NCBI GenBank assembly: GCA_963833225.1
Contig: CAWHXD010000008.1
Location: 352,001-416,000 of the forward strand
Direction: 5' to 3'
Length of the DNA stretch: 64,000 nt
Source of the DNA: an uncultured Chloroflexia bacterium
GTDB taxonomy: Bacteria; Chloroflexota; Limnocylindria; Limnocylindrales; CSP1-4
Below the pieces are notes generated by a model. That model made no database searches, was not told where the DNA came from, and saw only the letters and a program-made list of their open reading frames with translations. A program made the translations under genes and the position numbers. Positions 1 to 13,507 of the stretch are shown here, one piece after another; the first letter of the stretch is position 1, and the number at the start of each line of letters is the position of its first letter.

Positions 1-2917
<2,917 letters not shown>

Positions 2918-3007
2918 GGCGATCAGCATAGGCCGTCGGCCGCCTCGAACGCCGCCCATCTGTCGCCGGCGCCACGCCCCGCCCGCCAACAGCGTAGATT
3001 GCGCCCC

Positions 3008-3469
3008 ATGGACAAGAACGCGCTGCTCCGTGACATCCGCACCGGTCATGCCTCGATCGCGACCGCCCTGGCGGCCCTCGACGACGAGGCGCTGCTGGAC
3101 CCCGCGCCGGGAATGGAAGGCTGGACCCGCAAGGACGTGGTCGCCCACATCGAGTGGTGGCACGAGCACACCTCCAACGTGATCGAGGGCACCCGGACCG
3201 GGGTCGACCCGTACCCGGGCGACGACGAGTCGTGGGATACCGACGCCTGGAACGCCCTGATCCTGGCCGAGAACCGCGAGCGAACGGCAGCCGACGTGCG
3301 AACCGGCGAGGCGGCCTCGTTCACGCGACTGGTCGGGCTGGTCGAGGGCGTGGCCGAGGACGAGCTGTTCCGCGATGACTTCCAGCCGTGGCTGGATGGC
3401 ACGCTTGCGCAGACGGTGATCTCGGACTCCGTCGAGCACTACCCGGAGCACATCCCGCACCTCAGCTGA
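3008..3469 (+). CDS. DinB-superfamily four-helix bundle protein (ClbS/DfsB or maleylpyruvate isomerase N-terminal like)
   Basis: WTRKDVVAHI, WNA..AENR and C-terminal EHYPEH His motifs. ATG 3008 lies 7 nt after TAGATT. Confidence 0.8.
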   Translation: MDKNALLRDIRTGHASIATALAALDDEALLDPAPGMEGWTRKDVVAHIEWWHEHTSNVIEGTRTGVDPYPGDDESWDTDAWNALILAENRERTAADVRTGEAASFTRLVGLVEGVAEDELFRDDFQPWLDGTLAQTVISDSVEHYPEHIPHLS

Positions 3470-3494
3470 CGCGGGCCGTCGCGCGACCGGTCCC

Positions 3495-3554
3495 CGACGG
3501 CCGGGGCTCGGGTCCCTTTCGACGGCCGGGGCTCGTGAGCCCCTCGACGGCCGG
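3495..3554. repeat. Three short direct repeats of cgacggccgg(ggctcg)
   Basis: Copies start at about 3495, 3520 and 3545. The first two share 16 nt. Confidence 0.7.
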
Positions 3555-3559
3555 TTTCG

Positions 3560-3701
3560 TGCCACAGAGTCAGAGGACGACTACTCGTCCCGTGGAGCGG
3601 CCGGATCGTCCGATTCGGCGCCTGTTCGTGTCAGGTAGTCGCGAGTCACAGGCGATGGCGCCAGCTTCACGGACCATCAGTCGTCCTCTGACTTGCTGGC
3701 A
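3560..3701. repeat. Long nested inverted-repeat element (MITE-like or structured RNA)
   Basis: Perfect 15-bp inverted repeat agtcagaggacgact (3568-3582) / agtcgtcctctgact (3679-3693), with inner stems cgtggagc/gcttcacg and cgcctgt/acaggcg. Confidence 0.75.
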
Positions 3702-3772
3702 GCGGTCGCCGCGGAATGGGCGTGCCAAGGCGCCCGGAAACCTGTCACGGCGCAGCCGGCGCCACCTCCGAG

Positions 3773-6541
3773 CTACCCGAGCAACTCCAGGTTCGCGAGC
3801 GAGGCGAGCATCGTCTTGCGGCCCACCTGCGGATCCTTGAAGGCGACGTGGACCTCCTCGTCGTCGCGGGTCAGCTTGGACGTGATCACGATCCCGTCGC
3901 CCCACCGCGCGTGTCGCACGCGATCCCCGTCCCGGTAGCGCCGCTCGCCGGGGACGATGGGCCGGGCAGGCACGACGCCCCGCTCCCGGGGCCCCGGGCC
4001 GGATCGGATCGAGACGCCCTCGACCGCGTCGTCCGTCGCTGGCTCATCCCAGGGCAGGATCCCCGGCGCCTGTCGCCCAAGCGAGCCGGACCGCGCGCCG
4101 GCGGCGAACGCATCGCGCTTCGCGCCCAGGTCCCGCGTCGGCCGGAAGGCCTCGCCAGGTGCCGGCGCTCCCGGTCGCCCGCTCCCTTGCCGGTATGCGC
4201 CACCGCCGGCGCGGATCCCGGCACCCAGCCGCGACCCCCGCTCGCGGAACACGACGTCCGGGTCCAGGTCCGCGCCAAGGTCGCCGCCACCACGCAGCTG
4301 CGGGCCAACCATCAGCTCCTGGGGGATCTCGAGCAGGAACCGGCTCGGGATCGACATCCCCCCGCCGCCCCAGGTCGCGCGGCGCCACGCGTGCGACAGG
4401 AACAGCCGCCGCTTGGCGCGGGTGATGCCCACGTAGGCGAGCCGCCGCTCCTCCTCGAGCTCCTTCTCATCGTCGAGCGCCCGGTTGTGCGGGAACACGC
4501 CCTCCTCGAGACCCCCGATGAACACCACCGGGAACTCCAGGCCCTTCGCGGCGTGGAGCGTGATCAGCGTGACCGCGTCCTTCTCGCCCTCGTAGGAATC
4601 CTGGTCCGCGACCAGCGCGGTCTCCTCGAGCAGCCGGTCCAGCGCGTCTTCCGGCGCCAGGTCGTCGTAGCGGGTGGTCACGGCACGCAGCTCGAGCAGG
4701 TTCGCCCAGCGATCCTCGCCCTCCTCGGAGCCATCGGCGAGCATCGCGCGGTAGCCCGACTGCTCCAGGACCTCGTCGAGCAGCTCGGGGAGCGGCAGCA
4801 CCCCGATCCGCCGCCGCAGCCGGGCGACCAGCGCGAAGAACTCGCCGATCGCTGTCCTCGCGCGGCTGGTCAGCGCCTCGACCTCGCCCCTGCCCGCGGC
4901 CTCGATCGCCGCGTACATCGAGTTCTCGTGCTTGTCTGCCCAGCGCCGCAGCCCCTCGAGGCTCTTGTCCCCGATGCCGCGTGCCGGAACGTTGATCACC
5001 CGCTCGTAGCTGACGGCGTCGGTGTCTGACCTCAGGACCCGCAGGTATGCCAGTGCGTCCTTGACCTCGCGCCGCTGGTAGAAGCGCGTGCCGCCGACGA
5101 GCTGGTAGCGGATCCCGTAGCGCAGGAACGCCTCCTCGATCGCGCGGGACTGGGAGTTCATCCGGTACATCACCGCCAGGTCCCGAGGACGGAAGCGGGT
5201 CGACTCGTCGTCGTCGGCCCGGCGCGTCAGCCACGACGACCGGCCCGTCGCGCCCACCAGCCCCTCGACCTGGCGCGCGATCCACTCCGCCTCCTCCTCC
5301 TCGTTGAAGGCCTCGAAGCGCTGGATCGGCACCCCGCCCTGGTTCTGCGTCCAGAGCTTCTTGTCGGTGCGCCGCTCGTTGCGCGAGACCACCGCGTGGG
5401 CCGCGTCGAGGATCAGCTGCGTCGAGCGGTAGTTCTGCTCCAGCTTGACGACGGTCACCTCGGGGTAGTCGCGCTCGAAGTCGAGGATGTTCTGGATATT
5501 CGCGCCGCGCCAGCCGTAGATCGACTGGTCGTCGTCGCCCACCACGCACAGGTTCCGGTTGGCTGCCGCGAGCGCCTTGACCCACAGGTACTGCGGCCGG
5601 TTCGTGTCCTGGTACTCGTCGACGTGGAGATACAGCCAGCGCTGCTGGTACCTCGCCAGCACGTCCGGCGCCTGCTCGAACAGCTCCACCGCGCGCAGCA
5701 GCAGGTCGTCGAAGTCGAGCCCGCCGACCTCGCGCAGCCGCTCCTCGTAGCGGGCGGCCAGCCGCGCGATGACCCGCTCCCGGTGGTTGACCGCGTTCTG
5801 GGCCAGGAACGTCGCGTCGAGCATGTCGTTCTTGGCGCGGCTGATGGCGCCCAGGATCGCCGCCGGCCGGAACTCGCCCGTTGCCGGCAGGTCCTGCTCG
5901 GCCAGGATCCGCTTCATCAGCTGCTGCTGGTCGTCGGTGTCGTAGATGACGAAGCGGCGGTCGATGCCGATCGCCTCCCCGTCCCGCCGGAGGACGCGAG
6001 CGCAGAGCGCGTGGAACGTGCCCGCCTCGACATCCCGGCCGGCATCGCCGGTGAGCGCGGCGATCCGCTCGCGGAGCTCGCCGGCGGCCCGGTTGGTGAA
6101 CGTGACCGCGAGGATCCGCCGGGGCTGCACCGCCTTGACGCCGATCAGGTACGCGATCCGGTGGGCGACGACCCGCGTCTTGCCAGAGCCCGCGCCGGCA
6201 AGGATCAGGAGCGGGCCGTCGGTGGTCGTGACGGCCCGCGCCTGCTCGGCGTTGAGGTGGCTGGTGATCTCCTGCGCGCGCGCTTCGCGTCGGGCCGCGA
6301 GCGCGGCGGCGATCTCCTCGGGCGCCAGCGCCGGGCTCGCGGACACATCGGGCTCGGGCGGGAGGTCCCGCATCCAGTCGGGTTCCGCGGGAGGCACCCC
6401 GGACGGTGACCCCTCGTCGGTCACCGACGTGCCACCGGGCACCGCGCCGGCCTCGGGTTCGAGCCAGGTGCCCTGCGCCGATGGCGCCTCGCGTCGGGTA
6501 CGGCGACGCTTCGGCGGCTCGCCTGCAGGGGTGGGACTCAC
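3773..6541 (-). CDS. pcrA: ATP-dependent DNA helicase PcrA/UvrD
   Basis: AGAGSGKT, TFTNRAA, VDEYQDTN, GDDDQSIYGWRGA, QNYRST, HAAKGLEF, EERRLAYVGITRA and a C-terminal Tudor-like GDRVRH..WGDG. Confidence 0.96.
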   Translation of the reverse strand: MSPTPAGEPPKRRRTRREAPSAQGTWLEPEAGAVPGGTSVTDEGSPSGVPPAEPDWMRDLPPEPDVSASPALAPEEIAAALAARREARAQEITSHLNAEQARAVTTTDGPLLILAGAGSGKTRVVAHRIAYLIGVKAVQPRRILAVTFTNRAAGELRERIAALTGDAGRDVEAGTFHALCARVLRRDGEAIGIDRRFVIYDTDDQQQLMKRILAEQDLPATGEFRPAAILGAISRAKNDMLDATFLAQNAVNHRERVIARLAARYEERLREVGGLDFDDLLLRAVELFEQAPDVLARYQQRWLYLHVDEYQDTNRPQYLWVKALAAANRNLCVVGDDDQSIYGWRGANIQNILDFERDYPEVTVVKLEQNYRSTQLILDAAHAVVSRNERRTDKKLWTQNQGGVPIQRFEAFNEEEEAEWIARQVEGLVGATGRSSWLTRRADDDESTRFRPRDLAVMYRMNSQSRAIEEAFLRYGIRYQLVGGTRFYQRREVKDALAYLRVLRSDTDAVSYERVINVPARGIGDKSLEGLRRWADKHENSMYAAIEAAGRGEVEALTSRARTAIGEFFALVARLRRRIGVLPLPELLDEVLEQSGYRAMLADGSEEGEDRWANLLELRAVTTRYDDLAPEDALDRLLEETALVADQDSYEGEKDAVTLITLHAAKGLEFPVVFIGGLEEGVFPHNRALDDEKELEEERRLAYVGITRAKRRLFLSHAWRRATWGGGGMSIPSRFLLEIPQELMVGPQLRGGGDLGADLDPDVVFRERGSRLGAGIRAGGGAYRQGSGRPGAPAPGEAFRPTRDLGAKRDAFAAGARSGSLGRQAPGILPWDEPATDDAVEGVSIRSGPGPRERGVVPARPIVPGERRYRDGDRVRHARWGDGIVITSKLTRDDEEVHVAFKDPQVGRKTMLASLANLELLG

Positions 6542-6599
6542 CCCACCATTCTAGGGTGCGTCCGGGTGGGGACCCGTGCGCGCAGCACGGACGCCGGGA

Positions 6600-7076
6600 T
6601 CACGCCTGCGGCTGGCCCCAGCCCGACGGCGGCACCGGCGGCTGGCCGCTCCCCGGGCCCGGTGACGGCGCGGGCTGCGCCGGGTACCCCGCCGGGTAGG
6701 CGTACCCGCCGGGCGTTCCGTATCCACCTGGGGCGCCGTATCCGGGCATCGGCCCATCAAACGTGACGTCGACCTGGAGGCCACCGATCCGCCCGGCGAC
6801 GAAGTTGTAGATGGCCACCATGATCGCCGTGATGATCCAGCCGATCACCGCGTAGATCAGCCCGCCGATCACGGCGAAGATCAGGACGCCGACCACGCCC
6901 GCCCCGAGGATCGCGCCCATCCCGCTCCCGCCGTACTGGGTCCCGGCCACGCTGACCAGCAGCGTGAATGGCAGGAAGAACACGAGGCTGAATACCAGCG
7001 TGATCACGAGATACAGTGCGGCGGCGATGTTCGCCGTCCGAACGATGTCGAAACGGCGGATCGTGACCCGGTTCAT
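6600..7076 (-). CDS. DUF3566-like membrane protein with Pro/Gly-rich tail
   Basis: N-terminal TIRRFD, two long hydrophobic segments and YNFVAGRIGGLQV. GGGAGG RBS upstream. Confidence 0.75.
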   Translation of the reverse strand: MNRVTIRRFDIVRTANIAAALYLVITLVFSLVFFLPFTLLVSVAGTQYGGSGMGAILGAGVVGVLIFAVIGGLIYAVIGWIITAIMVAIYNFVAGRIGGLQVDVTFDGPMPGYGAPGGYGTPGGYAYPAGYPAQPAPSPGPGSGQPPVPPSGWGQPQA

Positions 7077-7241
7077 CCCTGTCCTCCCTGCGTGATGGTT
7101 CTCGGGGCGAGTCTACCGACCCGGTCCGCATGCTGGCTCGCGCAACAGCCGCCAGGCAGCGGCGCTTCCCGCCGTTCATCATTGCCGAGATCGCAGAGCC
7201 CCGCGACGCCCCGCCATCTCCACCAGGACAGGAGTCACCGC

Positions 7242-7640
7242 GTGAGCGACATCGTCGTTCCCGAGAAGCTGAGCATCATGGCCGCGAGGGCCGCAGCCTC
7301 GGCCGGTGCGGGAGCCGAGTACGCCGACGGCTACGTCAAAGGCATGGTGGACGCCGCCGACGTCTTCGAGGACGTCCTCGCCGCCGCCCGCGCCGAGGCC
7401 CTCAAGCAGACGCTCGCCAGGGCAATCCACGAGCAGACCGCTGCGATCATCGACGCCCTCACCGCGCCCCAACCGGACCGCACGACCACCGCCACGCTGG
7501 ACGCCACAGCCGCCCTCGTCGAAGCGCTCACCGCGGCTGCCGCGGCTGTGACCACGGCCATCGCCGCGCCACGGGTCACCACCGTCACCCGGCACGACCG
7601 GGAAGGCCGCCTCTTGAGCGCTATCCATGAGACGACCTGA
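7242..7640 (+). CDS. Hypothetical Ala/Thr-rich protein (132 aa)
   Basis: AGGAG RBS before GTG 7242, GC3-rich codons, fills the gap between the DUF3566 gene and the groEL terminator. No recognisable family. Confidence 0.65.
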   Translation: MSDIVVPEKLSIMAARAAASAGAGAEYADGYVKGMVDAADVFEDVLAAARAEALKQTLARAIHEQTAAIIDALTAPQPDRTTTATLDATAALVEALTAAAAAVTTAIAAPRVTTVTRHDREGRLLSAIHETT

Positions 7641-7715
7641 TGCGGGTCGGACCCGAGCCGCCAGCTCGCGGCAGGGCGATCGGGGTCGTCCCCCGGTCGC
7701 AGGCCAGGTAGCCAC

Positions 7716-7750
7716 AGAGGCGGGCATCCCCGTTGGGGACACCCGCCTCT
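7716..7750. terminator. Stem-loop between convergent genes (probable groEL terminator)
   Basis: agaggcggg-ca-tcccc-gtt-gggga-ca-cccgcctct hairpin. Confidence 0.75.
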
Positions 7751-7800
7751 GAGCGTGTTTCCGTGCGTGCGTCCGACCAGCGCGGACGCGTCCTGTGCGA

Positions 7801-9453
<1,653 letters not shown>

Positions 9454-9543
9454 TCAGGGTGGTGGGCGACGCCAGCGGGTGAGTCGCCGTTCGCGCTCCG
9501 AGCGCCGAGGCGACGCTCCCGCGAGCCATCGGCGCGAGGATCG

Positions 9544-9852
9544 TCAGTCCTCGACGATGGCGAGGATGTCCTTCTCGCTGACGATGAGGAGCTCCTCGGC
9601 GTCAACCTTGAACTCGGTCCCGGCGTACTTGGCGTACAGGACCTTCTGGCCGACCGAGACGTCCATCGCGCTGCGCGAGCCGTCATCGAGGACCTTGCCG
9701 GGGCCGACGGACAGGATCTCGCCCTCCTGGGGCTTCTCCTTCGCGGTATCCGGCAAGACGATCCCCGACTTCGTCATCTCCTCACGGGGCGTGGGCTTGA
9801 TGACGACGCGATCGCCAAGCGGGCGAAGCTTCGTCGAAGAGGCATTGGCCAA
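9544..9852 (-). CDS. groS: Co-chaperonin GroES
   Basis: [34 protein letters not shown] 9852 preceded by AGGAGG. Confidence 0.97.
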   Translation of the reverse strand: MANASSTKLRPLGDRVVIKPTPREEMTKSGIVLPDTAKEKPQEGEILSVGPGKVLDDGSRSAMDVSVGQKVLYAKYAGTEFKVDAEELLIVSEKDILAIVED

Positions 9853-10061
9853 GGTTCGTTTCCTCCTGTGGCGACCGGGCACGGCCGCCAATGGCCGGGT
9901 TGGCTGGCTCCGGAACGATCGGGCGCGATACCCGCCCACGACTGTCCGGTGATCCTCCTGGTGAGCGCCGCGCCGACGGCTGCGACGCGGGGCCGGGTGT
10001 CGCGGCGGACGGTTCTATGTCCGGTTGCCCGACACCCTGCAAGATCGCGTCTCGCTCGGGT

Positions 10062-10088
10062 TTGGCACTCTCACGTTGAGAGTGCCAA
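10062..10088. promoter_or_regulatory. CIRCE operator (HrcA binding site)
   Basis: TTGGCACTC-N9-GAGTGCCAA, a symmetric variant of TTAGCACTC-N9-GAGTGCTAA, upstream of groES. Confidence 0.93.
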
Positions 10089-10089
10089 C

Positions 10090-10119
10090 AAAGTACCGGA
10101 GGCTGCCGGGTGTTGTCAA
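10090..10119 (-). promoter_or_regulatory. Sigma70-type promoter of groESL
   Basis: TTGACA (10119-10114), 18-nt spacer, TACTTT (10095-10090), directly abutting CIRCE. Confidence 0.8.
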
Positions 10120-10146
10120 CCTGCGGGGCGAAGATCGGCCCTGGTG

Positions 10147-10961
10147 TCAGCGCGCCAGCGATCGCGGGAACGTGACGTCGTAGGCGGCCACGAGATCGTC
10201 GCCCAGGGACTCGACGGGAACGCCCCGCTGCTCCGCGACCCAGCGCGCGGTGATCACCACGTGCTCGGGGGCGTTCCGGCCGCGCGGCGCTCCTGGCGGC
10301 GACAGGAACGGCGAGTCCGTCTCCAGCAGCAGCCGCTCGGCAGGGACCATCGACGCGACCTCCGCCGATGCCTCCTCGCCGCGCCGGAACACCAGGCCGC
10401 CGAACGCGATCGCGAGGCCCATCGACAGCATCTCCTCGGCGTAGTCCACCGGTCCCGAGAAGCTGTGCACGACCGCGGGCGGACGATCGCCGAAGGCGTC
10501 GCGGGCGGCTGCGGCGTCGAACCCCGCCGCTCGCAGCTCCGCGACCAGCGCGTCCTGCGCGTCGCGCTCGCCGGCCCGGGACCGGCAGTGGAGGATCGCG
10601 GGCTTGCCCGTCGCGAGCGCCAGCGCGAGGTTCCGGCGCAGGTTCGCCAGCTGCGCCTCCCACGGCGAGAACATGCGGTCCGAGTCGAGCCCCGTCTCCC
10701 GATCGCGACGACCCGCTCGTCGCGCCCAGGCCTCGACCAGCCCAACCCGCCTCGTCGACCCTGGCGGCATCGTGGGTGGATCCCGACGCAGCATCGAGCC
10801 AGGCCGGCTGCCACCACCTCCAGCGCCCGCTCCGAGGAGCGGACGTTCCAGCCTGGGACCAGGAGCCGCTCGAGCCCGGCCGCACGTGCCGTCGAGCACG
10901 GGTCGAGGTCGTCGTCGAACCGGTCGGCGTTGACGTGGCCGTGGGAGTCGATCAGGCGCAT
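10147..10961 (-). CDS. tatD: TatD family nuclease (several frameshifts, probably sequencing errors)
   Basis: IDSHGH, VGIHP, (E)TGLD, ILHCR, VHSFSG and LLETDSPFLSP are spread over three frames. Confidence 0.88.
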
Positions 10962-11002
10962 CGGTCGTCGCCGGGCCGAGGCTCGTGGCGCGAAGCCGGT
11001 GG

Positions 11003-11362
11003 TCAGCCGGCGTCCCGGACGGGGACTGCCAGGCCAACCTCGGTGCCCTCGCTGTCACGAACGACCGCGAAGCGACCGAACCCGCCGCCGATGTCCGCGG
11101 CTGCTCGATCACGGTGCCGCCGTTGGCCTCCGCGGCCGCGCAGCCCTCCTCCAGCGAGTCCACCGTGATGTAGATGCGGAGCTGGCGAGCGATGGTCTCC
11201 CGCGCTTGCCGATGGCGCCACCGTGGCGCGCCTCGGTCTGGAACAGGAGTCGCCTCCATCCGGGCTGCTCGCCGAACTCCCAGCCGGCCACGGCGGCGTA
11301 GAACCGCTGGCCCGCTCCGGGTCATCCGCGGAGCTCGACGTGGGTGATCTCGCCCTGGGCAT
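11003..11362 (-). CDS. VOC/glyoxalase family protein (frameshifted, probably sequencing errors)
   Basis: Pieces EITHVE, DDPERA, FYAAVAGWEF, IYITVDSLEE, AEANGGTVI and GRFAVVRDSEGTEVGL. AAGGAGG RBS before ATG 11362. End is approximate. Confidence 0.78.
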   Translation of the reverse strand: MPRARSPTSSSADDPERASGSTPPWPAGSSASSPDGGDSCSRPRRATVAPSASAGDHRSPAPHLHHGGLAGGGLRGRGGQRRHRDRAAADIGGGFGRFAVVRDSEGTEVGLAVPVRDAG

Positions 11363-11403
11363 CGCAGCCTCCTTCGTGCATCGGGTCCGCAACCGTACGA
11401 CGA

Positions 11404-13058
11404 TCAGGTGGCGTCTGCCTCGACCGCCTCGATCTCGATCCGCGGGAACAGCGGCGTCGGCGTGTCCGTCACGCGTCCCTCGCCGGTCGCCGCGCCCCAC
11501 GCGAGGAGCTCAAGCACGTCCGGGCCGCCGTTGCCGTCCGGGCCGTAGCTCCAGTCGTGGCCAAGCTGCTCGAGGATCCGCGGCGCCATGGATGGCATGA
11601 ACGGCGCCACCGCCGTGCCCACCAGCCGGCACGTCTCGACGAGATCACCGAGCACGGCCCGCAACCGGGCTGCGGCCGCCTCGTCGCCGGCCTTGGCCTG
11701 CTTGTTGAGCGTCCACGGCTGCTCGGCATCGACCGTCTTGTTGGCGCCCCCGACGAACTCCCACAGCTCCGCGAGCGCATCGTGGAGCAGGTGGCCGTCC
11801 AGCTTCTCGCGGTACAGGCGGAGCGTGTCCGCCCAGCCCTCCGCGAGCGGCGAGTCCCCCGCCGGCCGCGGTGCCGGCCGCTCGCCGCCGAGGTAGCGGT
11901 TGACCATCGACACGGTGCGGTTGACGAGGTTGCCGAAGTCGTTGGCGAGGTCCGCGTTGTAGCGCCGGACGAACGAGTCCCAGGACACCTCGGTGTCCCG
12001 GTCGAAGGCGACCTCGCGCAGGGTCACGTAGCGCGCGCCATCCGCGCCGAACGCCGCCGACCACGTCGTGCGGGTCGAGGAAGTTGCCGCGGCTCTTGCT
12101 CATCCGCTCGCCGCGCCTGGACCAGGAGCCAGCCGTGGACCCAGACATGCGCGGGGGCGTCGATGCCGGCCGACCACAGCATGGCCGGCCAGTAGATGGT
12201 GTGGAACCGGGCGATGTCCTTGCCGATGACGTGCAGGTCGGCCGGCCACCAGCGCTGGAACGCGTCCAGGTCGTCCGGGAACCCGGCACCGGTGATGTAG
12301 TTGATCAGCGCGTCGTACCAGACGTAGATCGTGCCGGCCTCCGGGTCCCAGGACCCGTCCTCGCGCTGGGCGGTCTGCCCGTCCTCGCCGATCGGGAACG
12401 GGATGCCCCAGGTGGCGCCGGCGCGGCTGATCGAGAAGTCCTCCAGGCCCTGGCGGATGAAGCCCAGCATCTCGTTGCGCCGGTAGTCGGGCTGGACGAA
12501 CTCGGGGTCGCGCCTCGAAGTAGTCGCAGCAGCCGCTGCTGGTAGTTGGACAGGCGGAAGAACCAGTTGCGCTCCGAGAGCCACTGGAGCGGGACGCCCG
12601 GGTGGTTGGGGCACTGCATCCCGGTCGCCGTCTCGTGGAGGTCCGACGGCGCCTTGAAGCCCTCGGACGGGCAGTACCAGCCCTCGTACGTGCCGAGGTA
12701 GATGTCGCCGTTGTCGTAGGCGCGGCGCACCATCTCCTGGGCCGAGCGGTAGTGGTCCGGGTCCGTGGTCCGGATGAACCGGTCGGGGCTGATCAGCAGC
12801 GCGTCCTCGGCCGCCTTGAACAGCGCCACCTTCTCGTCGACGAACTCGCGCGGGGTCTGGCCGAGCGCCTCGGCCGACTGGGCGATGTTGACGCTGTGCT
12901 CGTCGGTGCCGGTCAGGAACCGGGTCTCGTGGCCCTGCATCCGGTGCCAGCGGGCGATGACGTCGGCGCCGATGACCTCGTACACGCGTGTGGAGGCCGG
13001 GCGCGTTGTTCGCGTACGCGATCGCGGTCGTGAGGTAGTAGCGCGGGCGGTCGGACAT
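11404..13058 (-). CDS. metG: Methionine--tRNA ligase (frameshifted, probably sequencing errors)
   Basis: YYLTTAIAY, FLTGTDEH, FIRTTD, YEGWYC, IYVWYDALINY, IGKDI.RFH.IYWP, HGW, RMSKSRGN and NADLANDFGNLVNR across about four frame changes. Confidence 0.92.
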
Positions 13059-13190
13059 GGCCCGGCGATGGTAGCAGCGCAGCGATCGGCGGCGGAAGGC
13101 GAAGCACGGGAAGGCCGGCACCGCGGCCGGACGACCGGTCCTCCGATTGGGCTTGTCGACCTGGAGTCCCAGTGGGACAGCGAAGCGCGC

Positions 13191-13238
13191 GGGCGGTGGC
13201 GAGGCGGGTGGGCGGTGGCGAGGCGGGTCGGCGGTGCC
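13191..13238. repeat. 19-nt tandem repeat gggcggtggcgaggcgggt, two copies plus a partial third
   Basis: Copies at 13191-13209 and 13210-13228, then cggcggtgcc. Confidence 0.75.
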
Positions 13239-13272
13239 TACCGCCGGACCTGCCGCCGGCGAACCCTCCATC

Positions 13273-13445
13273 CTTGACGGTCCGTCACGGTTCTGGGCCT
13301 CAAGCGACCTCCCTGGGCGCGGAGACGGCGCCACGGCCCCGTTTCTCGCCCCAGCGTCAAGATCGGGCCGCGAACCACGGGGTCGCCTCCGCTTCGACCC
13401 CAAAACCCTGACCCACAGGCAGGGCCGGGTCGGGACGCCGTCAAG
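13273..13445. repeat. Nested imperfect inverted-repeat element between purH and metG
   Basis: cttgacgg/ccgtcaag, gtcacggttctggg/cccaaaaccctgac and ctgggcgcggagacgg/ccgtttctcgccccag are concentric. Confidence 0.6.
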
Positions 13446-13507
13446 TCGGATTCGGAACTGGTCGCCGACGACGGGCCCGGCCCCGCGACCCGAGGCGCGG
13501 GCTGGTG

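Noticed and set aside
3495-3554. Mini CRISPR array (also considered for 13191-13238)
   Set aside because: Repeats are too short or directly tandem, spacers are absent or about 9 nt, and no cas genes are present.
13059-13507. T-box or SAM riboswitch for metG
   Set aside because: No GGTGGNACCGCG T-box or SAM-I core seen, and a -10-like TACCAT lies immediately before the ATG.
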